Position numbers and translations under genes: made by a program
The notes under the pieces: model-generated
The model's database searches: none
What the model was told of the DNA's origin: nothing
The model's input: only the letters and a program-made list of their open reading frames with translations
Shown here: piece by piece, positions 27,166 to 36,753 of the stretch
Position numbering within the stretch: position 1 is the stretch's first letter
How the letters are laid out: every line of letters starts with the position of its first letter
Virus record (IMG/VR): IMGVR_UViG_3300042562_001138
Coordinates: 897 to 64,896 of that record
DNA: 64,000 bases
Strand: one strand, 5' to 3'
From: a virus
Taxonomy: Duplodnaviria > Caudoviricetes

Positions 27166-28872
27166 TTATAACTTTATAAATTCTTTAAAAGTAATTGTTT
27201 TTTTAGGATTAGAACCTAATTGTTTTAAATACTTATCATAAGCATCCATATCTTCTGTATCGTAATTTTCTAAAATAGATTTATCTCTTTTTAATCTTAA
27301 TGTTCCATCTTTAAGTTTTTCTAAAAAAATACTATCATTATCCTTACCAGTTGATTTAATACCTGCTATTTCTGAACCTCTAGAAAATGTTTTCTCTTTT
27401 AAAACTTCTGGATCCTTTTCATTTATTACAGCTTCAAAGTTTTTGATGTCATTACCTCCTTTAGGATTAGCTCCTACAAAACCTTTATATTCGTAATAAG
27501 GTATAGCAACATCAAAACTAGATTGCTTATCCCCTAATTCTTTTTTAAAGTTACCTACTATATATGGCTCCCATGATGAATTTTCATCATTTAATGTAAT
27601 ACCTCTAAACTTACCTTTTTTAACATCGTTAGCACTTATTGATATATTCTCAATAGGTATCCATCTTTTTTCACCTCCTGTTGTTTCAGCGTTCATTTCT
27701 ATTTCTCCAAAAGCGTTCTTTCTGAAATTTGCCTTATCAATAGGATTACCCTTTGAATCTAGTTTAGGTCTTAATACAGCCATTGATTTAACTTTCTTTG
27801 GCTCAAAATCTTTATTACCTTGGTCGCCTTGTTCCCAAAATTCTCCTTCAAAATAATCATCCGCTATCTTTCCTTCTGTACCTTGCCATTTACCAAATAC
27901 AGTTAAAGGTATAGCTCTCATTTTCTTTAATTCACCTGAACTTAAAGGTATGTTTTCGGTAAAATTACCTGCTGTTTCTTGTACTGCAATTGACCTACTT
28001 TTTTGAAATATTTTTTCTTTACCACCTTGTTTACCAAAAGGTACTGATACATCATCCTCGACAACATTATTAATTTTTAAATCAAACTTTTGTTGAGTTT
28101 TTTGGTTTGGATCTATGTAAGGAGTTTTAACGTTTTTCTTTAATTCAAGATTTCCGTAATCGTAAACAGCTTCCCTAAATTTATCTAAAGTTTTATAAGA
28201 TTCTTTCAGTTGGTCATTACCATCATTCCACATTCTTTCCGCCCAATTATCCATAGATTGTTTAGAAGTTTTCTCTACTTGGTCGTAATTGTAGTTACCA
28301 AATTTATCTTTACTAGAGCTTTGAGTAATCGTGCTAATTAATTTATTAACCTCTGGTTGCATAAATTTCTTCTCGTAAGAAGCCATACTGAAACTTGGTA
28401 TAAGTTGTAATTGGCTAATATCAAAATCACCTGGTTTATCTATAAACGCTTGGATTGATTCATCTGATTTTTCTATATCGTATTTATTTTTGTTTTGATT
28501 TAATTCAAACAATAACCTAGTGGTTTCTTTTTCAGCTAATTTAGCGTTAGCAACAATAGTTTTAATATCGTTTATTTTTTTCTTGTATTCTATCGCTTCG
28601 GTAGTATTCCCTTTTAATATGTTTCTGTTGTTATCTTGAACATATTGGTATAAGTTACCTAATTCAGTTTTTACCAAATCAGCATCTCTAAACCATACGG
28701 AACCATCAATTGATTCTAATTGTTTATTAATCTCCTTTTTTCCTTCTTTCTGTTCAGCCAATAGTCTATTACCCTCTTCTTTAAAAACAGGATTATATGT
28801 GCTATCAAAAACTTGGGCAAAACCTCTGCCTTGCCCTTGCGATACTCCTAGTGAATCTACTTCTTCAAACAT
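27166..28872 (-). CDS. Internal virion/ejection protein
   Basis: 568 aa, between the pilot-like gene and the giant gene. Confidence 0.6.
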   Translation of the reverse strand: MFEEVDSLGVSQGQGRGFAQVFDSTYNPVFKEEGNRLLAEQKEGKKEINKQLESIDGSVWFRDADLVKTELGNLYQYVQDNNRNILKGNTTEAIEYKKKINDIKTIVANAKLAEKETTRLLFELNQNKNKYDIEKSDESIQAFIDKPGDFDISQLQLIPSFSMASYEKKFMQPEVNKLISTITQSSSKDKFGNYNYDQVEKTSKQSMDNWAERMWNDGNDQLKESYKTLDKFREAVYDYGNLELKKNVKTPYIDPNQKTQQKFDLKINNVVEDDVSVPFGKQGGKEKIFQKSRSIAVQETAGNFTENIPLSSGELKKMRAIPLTVFGKWQGTEGKIADDYFEGEFWEQGDQGNKDFEPKKVKSMAVLRPKLDSKGNPIDKANFRKNAFGEIEMNAETTGGEKRWIPIENISISANDVKKGKFRGITLNDENSSWEPYIVGNFKKELGDKQSSFDVAIPYYEYKGFVGANPKGGNDIKNFEAVINEKDPEVLKEKTFSRGSEIAGIKSTGKDNDSIFLEKLKDGTLRLKRDKSILENYDTEDMDAYDKYLKQLGSNPKKTITFKEFIKL

Positions 28873-28878
28873 AGCTTA

Positions 28879-29634
28879 TTAATAATTTAAAGCCCACAAC
28901 GGAACGTTATTACTTTGAACAGGAGGTAAAATATTACCCAAGTTAGAATAATCTTCTTGTGCATCTAACATACTAGACCCTCTTGTAAAATCTACACTAT
29001 TACTTGTTCCACCTGCTGTTGGATTATTATTAATAGGAGTTTTACTTTTCTTAGTAAAATTGAAAATACCATCACCTCCTGCTATTCTATCGGTCATTTC
29101 ATAATCAACTAACATACGTGAAAAATCTGTTAATCCTCCCATAGTGTTTTGCATACCCGAACCAATTAATCCTTCTGCCATACGCATTTTGTTTAGGAAT
29201 GGCTCGTATTCGTTTAATTGAAATTGCATATCCCTCTGCCTACCCATTTCCGCTCTTTGTGCTGTTAATAAATTTTGATTTTGCAACCTCATTGCTGAAT
29301 CCTGCATAGCTAATCTATTCAATGAATCTAACTCTCCTTGGTACAATTGTGGAATACCTGCAATACCTGCTCTTCTATCAGATAAACCTCTTACAGCTTG
29401 TTGCTGTCCTCTCTGCATATCTTGGATAAACAAGTTTCTTTGTTCCTCTGGCATACCCTCTAAAGCTTGTACTTGCGCTTGGGTTAAATTAGCGATAACC
29501 TCTCTTGGTATTTCCCTCATAGGTCGCTTAGTATTCCTTAACGCATTTCTTCCTGCTAAAAATTGTGCAATACCTGTACCTGTTTTAACCGCTGCTGGTA
29601 TCCCGATTGCTAAACCCATTGTAACTGGTCCCAT
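28879..29634 (-). CDS. Pilot/ejection protein
   Basis: Gly/Ala-rich hydrophobic N-terminus and Q/R/M-rich helical body, typical of podovirus ejection proteins. Confidence 0.65.
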   Translation of the reverse strand: MGPVTMGLAIGIPAAVKTGTGIAQFLAGRNALRNTKRPMREIPREVIANLTQAQVQALEGMPEEQRNLFIQDMQRGQQQAVRGLSDRRAGIAGIPQLYQGELDSLNRLAMQDSAMRLQNQNLLTAQRAEMGRQRDMQFQLNEYEPFLNKMRMAEGLIGSGMQNTMGGLTDFSRMLVDYEMTDRIAGGDGIFNFTKKSKTPINNNPTAGGTSNSVDFTRGSSMLDAQEDYSNLGNILPPVQSNNVPLWALNY

Positions 29635-29635
29635 G

Positions 29636-29893
29636 TTATATCATTTTATTAATTGTGTAACCTACTCCACTTACCGCTAATCCGTAAAATAAACAGTATT
29701 TTATACCCACTCCATAAAACAAAGATAGCAAAACTCCACAATATAAACCAACACATTGAGGACAACTTATAAAAATACCTGCTTTCATTGAATAGCTTGT
29801 TATTCGCTCCCTCAATGTTTTAAATATGTTTCCCTTTGTAATTACCATTGTTAATCCATAACCTGATAATAAAATTAAAAACAATGTTTTCAT
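29636..29893 (-). CDS. DUF1360-like membrane protein
   Basis: IFKTLRE...CPQCVGLY CxxC motif between TM segments. Confidence 0.6.
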   Translation of the reverse strand: MKTLFLILLSGYGLTMVITKGNIFKTLRERITSYSMKAGIFISCPQCVGLYCGVLLSLFYGVGIKYCLFYGLAVSGVGYTINKMI

Positions 29894-32800
29894 TATTTAT
29901 TTGTTCTTTGTGATATAGCGTAATTCAATCCTAATTGATACACAATTTCCTTACGTTGTGAATTAGTAGTTAATTTAACTAAGAAACTTCTATCCCTCAT
30001 TGCATCGCCATTAATCTTAGGGAACTCCTCATTAACGCTATTTATATCTCTCCAAACCTGTGAGTAAAAAGCATTTTCTTTACCGTTAAACACTAACCCT
30101 TCCAAATCTTCATCTATAAAATCATCTAAAGTGTTATTCGTTTCTTGCCCATTTAATGTTTCTATAATTACATCAAAAGGACTTGTAGTGTAAAGCACAA
30201 TAGATTTTAATATCTTACTTGATTCAGGCATTACATTAAACGGTACCCACAATTCACTTTGGTAAGCCACTCCATAGAATACAGAATGATTTGCGTTTTG
30301 GTCGTGTAGGAATAATTGTCCATTTTTAAATGTTACAATGTTTAATCCAACTGAACACATATATTCCGGTTCAAATGAATAAAACGTTGTCCAATGCTTT
30401 GTTGTTTCACTAAACGCTAAAGTAATTGGTTTTATATCTACATCCACCTTTCTTTCGTATGCAGGTAATATTGGTGTTGCTCCTATTATGTATGTTCCTT
30501 TAACTAAATCTCTAGTTACTGTTATATCAGCTTCGTATCCTGTTTTGTTGTCCTCTAATTGTGCATCAAACACAATAGTTGAACTACCTTCCAATAACCT
30601 AGTTTCATACACAATTGAGCCAAAGTTTATATTACCAACAACAGGAGGTATAAATAATTGTCTATTCAAACCACCAAATGCAACTACCAATTCATCATAA
30701 CCTACATCGTAAGTTGTAAAGATAGTAGGCACCTTTTCTTGTGATAAATATTCTTTAAATTTATCCTCAAAAAATTCCTCCATTTTAATATCGGAAATAG
30801 GCGTAATACCATCGTTGCTTAATCTACAAACAACACCTCTTCTGTAATCCACAAAGTATCTTCTGTTTCCGTAGTAACAAAAACTTTCAGGGTGCAATCC
30901 TATACCAAATTCTCCTGCGTAGTATATGATTTTACTCAATACCTTTTCGCTTGATGCTACTTGTCCTTGTGCAAATTGGTCGAATATTACATTTTCCTCA
31001 ACTAATATCTGCCCTACCTTTAATTCTTGGTAACACTCTAATCGCTTATCAAATGAAGCTAATCTTTGAATACTTCCGTATTTACGATCGTATTGCTCAA
31101 AGTTTTCATCAAAGAAACTATTTAAACCGTTTATACCTGATTCTGGAATAAACCTTTGTGAATAGTATATAGTCGTTGGTCGTCTTAATTGTTTAATATC
31201 CATATTAACAATGTTAGGTCGCCCAACATCCGAAGTGATAAAATTCCTGTTTACAAAATCATTAACAAAATTACTTTCTACAAATTCGTTTTTAAATGAA
31301 GTTGTTGTAACTGGCATATTTCTTTTAAACAAATATGTATCCCCCGAAGTAAACTTAACTATTGCAGGTTCCGTATCAGTTTGGTTTTGTTCATTACCTA
31401 AATGTAAACCATTGTTAATTTCGTAAAACTCTCCAATCTCAAAGAAGAAATTGTTTTCTAAATCTTTAACAGGAGTATATATCTCAAATAAATCACCACC
31501 ACCACTTGTTAATGTAGGTAAGTTAAATTCATTACGCAACGTTATTATTGCTGTACCTATATCATAATTCAATATTTCTAAATCAAATCTCTGTGTAAAA
31601 GGAAAACCATTAGCAGATTTAATAAACCTCATTCTATCTCCTTTGGTAAATGTATATACCAACTCACTTCCTTTGTTTATTTCATTGTATCCGTTTACTA
31701 TGTTATCTATATTTATCTCAATTGTGTATCCATCGTTACTTGATGTTACATCATCTGAAATAGTTTTATATGTAGTTGATTTTGAAATAAATTGAATATA
31801 GTTTCTAAACGTTAACTTCTTAGTACGTACCCATGCGTAATGAGTCGCCCAACTTGGAGCTTTATGGTAAATGTAACCACTTACTACTGGTACAGATGAA
31901 AACGCATATTCAGTAGGGTCGCCTACAACACTCTGTAATCCTCGTTTTACCTTATCGGAAAAGAATGGTAAATCTAAGCGTAAATCCTCTATACTGTTTA
32001 CTGCTCCACTTCTATTCGCTCTGTCGTAATAAACTATACCAAACTCATAAGAAGCACCACGTTTTAAGAAACTAGCTCCTAATCCAAAAGTTGTTGTAGC
32101 GGTTATACTACCTAAGTCTAACCCTATGTTTATATTATAAATTTTAACTAACGGATCATTATTAGCACCGAAATACATTAATACAGATGGATTAGTTAAA
32201 ACATTGTTTATTACAGTATAAATGATTTGAGAATCACTTTGGTATGCGTATAATGGTGAATTAAATAAATTTGTAGGTACATTAAATACAGTTGAAAAAA
32301 ACGAATTAGCGTAAACAATTATATCAAAATACCCATTGCCATCAGTCGTTTGCGTATCACCATTTGATGTAACAATGGTCATATTCACAACTGGATTACC
32401 GTTTGCATCAACTATTCTGCCTGTAATATTTGATTTAGATGTAGCTAAAGCCCCCTTGTTTTTTACCTGCGCTAATAATCTTAAACCATTATTATCGGTT
32501 GAAAATATTTGATTAACCTCCTCTAAATTAGTCAATTCTGATTTGTAAAAAACAACAGGGGTAATAAAAGAACCTTGCCTTATATTTAAAAATGATTCTA
32601 CTCTTGTAGGAATGTAAAAAAATCCATTATGGTCTGTAAAAAACCAACACTCTTGTCTTAAACCCCCAATAGGAGAAGGTCGCCTAACCCCAAAATAACC
32701 TTTTAAATAATTTCTAGAGGTGGTGTAATTCCCTGAATGTCCAAAAAAATCACCTACATAATCAATCCTGCTATAAGGTATTCTTTGTTGACTTCTAACA

Positions 32801-34647
32801 TCATTTGTTGTATTATATATATTATCCTCGTTATCATGTAGATAACCAAATGAAATAGTGTTTTCTATATTCATTTCTTTTGTACCAATAGCTGTAAGTC
32901 TTATATCAGGATAAGTAATATCAGCAATTTCAGTTATACCTATTTCTATTTCTCCTCCTGATACTTTTACCTTACACTCACCGCCATCAACACCTCCTGT
33001 TCTTATAGAAAATGTAGAAGTCCTTTCATATGGTTTACTAATATCATCGTATTCTGATTTGGTAGTTAAATGGCTAGCTATCCTTAATACATACTCCCCA
33101 TCAGGAACACCTTTTAATTCAAACTCACTATATATAGACTGACTCTCCATTAACTTCACTATCCTTTCAGTATTTATTCTATTAACAAAGTAAACGTTAT
33201 TTGAATCCATCATATCTTCACCAATCCTTCTTTGCTTACTTATGGTCTTAAAGCTGGTACCTGCTAAATAAACAACAAAACCTCCTAATGGTATAGGATT
33301 ATAATATAATCCATTATCTAAATATTCTTTTTCAGTATCACCATCTGTACGATTGTCGCGAGCTATTAAAGCATGAGCTGTACTTACACTTCCAAAATAA
33401 GCATTTCCACTATTATCACCATTTAATCGTCTTATCGGTTGACAATTTTCAAATACAGAAGAATTAAAAGACTCTTTACCCAATGCGTTTAAACCAAAAG
33501 TACCTAAAGTACCACTAGGCATACTATTTATGTTTCTTATAAATATCTTACCTTTAATCGTGTTTAATTTTTCATCAGGTAATTGTGCATCCTCAAAAGC
33601 TTCGTATTGAACATCTAAGTCAGCATCTACTTCTACGTTATCATAGTCCTCTATAATATCTCCATACACAATTCGGTTTCCCTCAATCAATGATTGTGTT
33701 CCGGCTAGTATAGGTAATCTATCAAAAGGCTTAATTGAATCCCTTAAATCAACAGTAGAATAATTACCATCGTTATAAAAGTTATAGATATAATCACCTG
33801 TATTAGATTGCTCAAAAAAACTTACTGGTTTATCAATAATGGTTATAAAGTCTTTTGCTTCCGTATCTCTTGCTACTATCTCTATTCGCTTTACTAATTT
33901 ACCTCCCGAAGGTATAATTACTTGTATAGCGTTATTAAATTGATTAGTAGTTTGTATATAAGCAGTATTACTTATTGTTTGTTTTGATATAGGACTAAAC
34001 GCACTCTTCTCGTTATCGTCATATACGTATCTTGCTTTAAATTGCCATAATTCGTTTCGGAAGTAGTTTACATCAAATTGTGCATCCGTAAAATATTTAC
34101 TTACTGGAGGAAATAATGGTGGGTATTTAATGGCATCTATAACATCTAATGTAATAGGTAAATCATACTTATCACCTACTAATCCTGTGTTGAATGTTCT
34201 AATCGCTTTACCGATATTAAACTTCCTTGGCGGATTCAACCTATCAACAAAATAAATTAATTGATTATCGTTATCTAAATCAACTATATCAACGTGAGTA
34301 ATTAAATAATCCTCGCTAAAGTTTAACAACTCGCTTTTCATTACAATTACACTACGCTCTTGTAAAAAGTTATACTGTACAATATTATGATTACCTAAGC
34401 TATTGTGATTAAAATAATACACAACACTATCCCTCTTGTATTCATAGGCTCCAATAGTCGTGTTCTCTCCCTCTGGTAAATCTATTCTTCTTATCTCATT
34501 ACCTTTAACTAACTCAACTGAATTTCTATTCTCTCCATCACTAGATCCAATTCTCATATTTACAGCCTTGCGACAGTAACCATTTTGTACATCACGTTCA
34601 TCGGTATCTGTATCCATACCGAGTATAACTCTTCGATTCTCTATCAT
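29893..34647 (-). CDS. Tail nozzle/stabilisation (crAss-like muzzle, tail tubular B) protein
   Basis: GMDTDTDER...AVNMR, EKSAFSPIS, GNRIVYG, YEFGIVYYD...RS, GIGLHPES, WTTFYSFEPE motifs; 1584 aa. Confidence 0.8.
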   Translation of the reverse strand: MIENRRVILGMDTDTDERDVQNGYCRKAVNMRIGSSDGENRNSVELVKGNEIRRIDLPEGENTTIGAYEYKRDSVVYYFNHNSLGNHNIVQYNFLQERSVIVMKSELLNFSEDYLITHVDIVDLDNDNQLIYFVDRLNPPRKFNIGKAIRTFNTGLVGDKYDLPITLDVIDAIKYPPLFPPVSKYFTDAQFDVNYFRNELWQFKARYVYDDNEKSAFSPISKQTISNTAYIQTTNQFNNAIQVIIPSGGKLVKRIEIVARDTEAKDFITIIDKPVSFFEQSNTGDYIYNFYNDGNYSTVDLRDSIKPFDRLPILAGTQSLIEGNRIVYGDIIEDYDNVEVDADLDVQYEAFEDAQLPDEKLNTIKGKIFIRNINSMPSGTLGTFGLNALGKESFNSSVFENCQPIRRLNGDNSGNAYFGSVSTAHALIARDNRTDGDTEKEYLDNGLYYNPIPLGGFVVYLAGTSFKTISKQRRIGEDMMDSNNVYFVNRINTERIVKLMESQSIYSEFELKGVPDGEYVLRIASHLTTKSEYDDISKPYERTSTFSIRTGGVDGGECKVKVSGGEIEIGITEIADITYPDIRLTAIGTKEMNIENTISFGYLHDNEDNIYNTTNDVRSQQRIPYSRIDYVGDFFGHSGNYTTSRNYLKGYFGVRRPSPIGGLRQECWFFTDHNGFFYIPTRVESFLNIRQGSFITPVVFYKSELTNLEEVNQIFSTDNNGLRLLAQVKNKGALATSKSNITGRIVDANGNPVVNMTIVTSNGDTQTTDGNGYFDIIVYANSFFSTVFNVPTNLFNSPLYAYQSDSQIIYTVINNVLTNPSVLMYFGANNDPLVKIYNINIGLDLGSITATTTFGLGASFLKRGASYEFGIVYYDRANRSGAVNSIEDLRLDLPFFSDKVKRGLQSVVGDPTEYAFSSVPVVSGYIYHKAPSWATHYAWVRTKKLTFRNYIQFISKSTTYKTISDDVTSSNDGYTIEINIDNIVNGYNEINKGSELVYTFTKGDRMRFIKSANGFPFTQRFDLEILNYDIGTAIITLRNEFNLPTLTSGGGDLFEIYTPVKDLENNFFFEIGEFYEINNGLHLGNEQNQTDTEPAIVKFTSGDTYLFKRNMPVTTTSFKNEFVESNFVNDFVNRNFITSDVGRPNIVNMDIKQLRRPTTIYYSQRFIPESGINGLNSFFDENFEQYDRKYGSIQRLASFDKRLECYQELKVGQILVEENVIFDQFAQGQVASSEKVLSKIIYYAGEFGIGLHPESFCYYGNRRYFVDYRRGVVCRLSNDGITPISDIKMEEFFEDKFKEYLSQEKVPTIFTTYDVGYDELVVAFGGLNRQLFIPPVVGNINFGSIVYETRLLEGSSTIVFDAQLEDNKTGYEADITVTRDLVKGTYIIGATPILPAYERKVDVDIKPITLAFSETTKHWTTFYSFEPEYMCSVGLNIVTFKNGQLFLHDQNANHSVFYGVAYQSELWVPFNVMPESSKILKSIVLYTTSPFDVIIETLNGQETNNTLDDFIDEDLEGLVFNGKENAFYSQVWRDINSVNEEFPKINGDAMRDRSFLVKLTTNSQRKEIVYQLGLNYAISQRTNK

Positions 34648-34650
34648 AGA

Positions 34651-35406
34651 TTAAAATTTAGGCGACATTTTATTACCTTTTCTAAATGTTTGTAGCATTT
34701 CATCCTTAGTGAATGATTTAAATCTAGAAACACTTTTTTTCTTTTCCAAAATGTAATTTCTTCTCAAAACTTCCTTTTGGTTTAAAGCAACATTAAAGTT
34801 GTTCTCTGTCATCTTCCAACTAATGTAACTCTTAATAGTATCTATGATATATGGGTGTACTGAAAACCCTCCATCTGTCTTTTGTAAATCAGCTAGGTAT
34901 TCTATATAAATTGTGCTGCCACCTTGGTAGCCATCCAATGCTATATAACCTCTCTCTAAGTTAATTGTGTAATAACCGTTTGAGTTTTGCCCTCCACCTA
35001 ATCCAAACACACCTCCTGTTACTTCTCCAAAATTAAAGAAGGAATGATTGTTTGTTTGCCAATAAATTACTTGTGTCATGTTATCACCTCCTTTTGGCGA
35101 TAGTATATTTCCACATTCATCAATAACCACATCCTTACCTTTTGTGAAAGAAGGGTACAGAGGCTTTATATTTCCTTTGGAATCGTATATACCTAAAGTA
35201 ACCAATGAAATAAAATCATTTGGTAAGTTAACTGTATCGTTAACATTAACTTGTAATAACTTTGCTACTGGCGAACCACTTACATCTAAGTTTAATGTAC
35301 GCATACAACCTAAAGCTAAAGATAAAGCTCTAGCGTATTTATGTTCCGTATTACCGCTCTCAAATAACCATTCCCTAACTATACTATCTAAACTTGTCTG
35401 ATTCAT
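34651..35406 (-). CDS. Tail ring/adaptor protein
   Basis: LPNDFIS motif; third of three ring-sized genes before the nozzle. Confidence 0.65.
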   Translation of the reverse strand: MNQTSLDSIVREWLFESGNTEHKYARALSLALGCMRTLNLDVSGSPVAKLLQVNVNDTVNLPNDFISLVTLGIYDSKGNIKPLYPSFTKGKDVVIDECGNILSPKGGDNMTQVIYWQTNNHSFFNFGEVTGGVFGLGGGQNSNGYYTINLERGYIALDGYQGGSTIYIEYLADLQKTDGGFSVHPYIIDTIKSYISWKMTENNFNVALNQKEVLRRNYILEKKKSVSRFKSFTKDEMLQTFRKGNKMSPKF

Positions 35407-35408
35407 AA

Positions 35409-36035
35409 TTATTTCACATTATCGTTTATAATATCTTGTGGTACTTGGCGCATTGTCATATACATCTGTACTACTAACTTTACTATATCATCTTGGAAGT
35501 TTAATGATATATCTACACTATCCTCTTGCTTTGCATTTTGAATACCTCCTACTAATTTGATTAATAGTTTTTCTGGTATTGATGCCTTATCCAAATTGTG
35601 CAAGTATATCCTTGTATTCTCAACTGTATAGCCTTTATTTCCCTCTAATTGTGCAACCATCGTACCTCTTGTCAAAGATAAAAAATCTGTGCGTAATGGC
35701 ACAAATGTATTAAATTCATCTTGTATAGGAGAAACGCTGTAAATACCCATGCCATTAGGTAAATTAACATACGTACTGTTAATAAGCGAATAGTATCTAT
35801 TTCTCTCTGTATCACATTTTACAGGCTCTACAAATGAATAAACAAAACTACCATTTACACTACTCTCACCTTCTGTATTTTTATTCTCGAAAAAGTTATT
35901 GTAAATAAATTTACCAAAAGCTTGGTCAACATAAACTTCTAACTCCTCTTTAGTTACTTGAACATCAGAGTTTACATCACCTCCTTGGATTATCCTTTGC
36001 GCTTGTTCCGCAATTAAAGTTCTTGTATCTCTCAT
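35409..36035 (-). CDS. Tail ring/adaptor protein
   Basis: Size, position and LPNGMG motif. Confidence 0.6.
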   Translation of the reverse strand: MRDTRTLIAEQAQRIIQGGDVNSDVQVTKEELEVYVDQAFGKFIYNNFFENKNTEGESSVNGSFVYSFVEPVKCDTERNRYYSLINSTYVNLPNGMGIYSVSPIQDEFNTFVPLRTDFLSLTRGTMVAQLEGNKGYTVENTRIYLHNLDKASIPEKLLIKLVGGIQNAKQEDSVDISLNFQDDIVKLVVQMYMTMRQVPQDIINDNVK

Positions 36036-36745
36036 TACGCTCCTTGTTGTTTAAGTGTTTCTGAATATTGTATCAATTCCGCTTCTCTCAAATTCATTCC
36101 TAAGTACGATGCACAATTAAAAACCAACTCATTCATACAATCATCAGGCAACTCAATATCAACTGATTTATCTACGGAATATACTGGCTTACCATTCACC
36201 ACATTAAAACCCCATACAGGAGTTTTAGGCTTTCTTAAATACACTAACTTTACAGTAAATATATCTTTAGGAAATATCTCTATGGAATCACCCACAAATC
36301 TAGCTACACCCATTTTTCCTGATTTGATTTTTTTATTGAAGATTACAGATGATAATTGTATAGCCAACTCCGAATCTCTTAGTATTCTAAAATTAATTAA
36401 ATCACTCTGTAATTCATCTTCTTTATCTAAACCGTTTCTTACATAAGATAGTGTTGATAAATGTAAATAATCGCTCGGTAAAACAACCAATCCACCTTTT
36501 ACAGGATAAGCTTCCCTCCTAACAATTAAGTATCTTAAATCATCTGTAATTTTTTGATTTTGTTCAAATCCAATTAACGATGAACCATCAGGTTTTTGCG
36601 CTTTTACATTATGATAACGCTTTGTTATCAATTCGTATAAAGCTCTTGATATACTCTTGTTAAAATCTTTAGGAGTTAAAAAACCACTTTGGCTTTTATT
36701 TGCTATAAACTGCAAAAACTCATATACCTTATTTACATTTATCAT
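36035..36745 (-). CDS. Tail ring/adaptor protein
   Basis: NKSQSGFLTP, GFEQNQKITDDL, LPSDY, YLRKPK, ELPDDC motifs typical of crAss-like ring proteins. Confidence 0.75.
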   Translation of the reverse strand: MINVNKVYEFLQFIANKSQSGFLTPKDFNKSISRALYELITKRYHNVKAQKPDGSSLIGFEQNQKITDDLRYLIVRREAYPVKGGLVVLPSDYLHLSTLSYVRNGLDKEDELQSDLINFRILRDSELAIQLSSVIFNKKIKSGKMGVARFVGDSIEIFPKDIFTVKLVYLRKPKTPVWGFNVVNGKPVYSVDKSVDIELPDDCMNELVFNCASYLGMNLREAELIQYSETLKQQGA

Positions 36746-36753
36746 ATCTCAAT

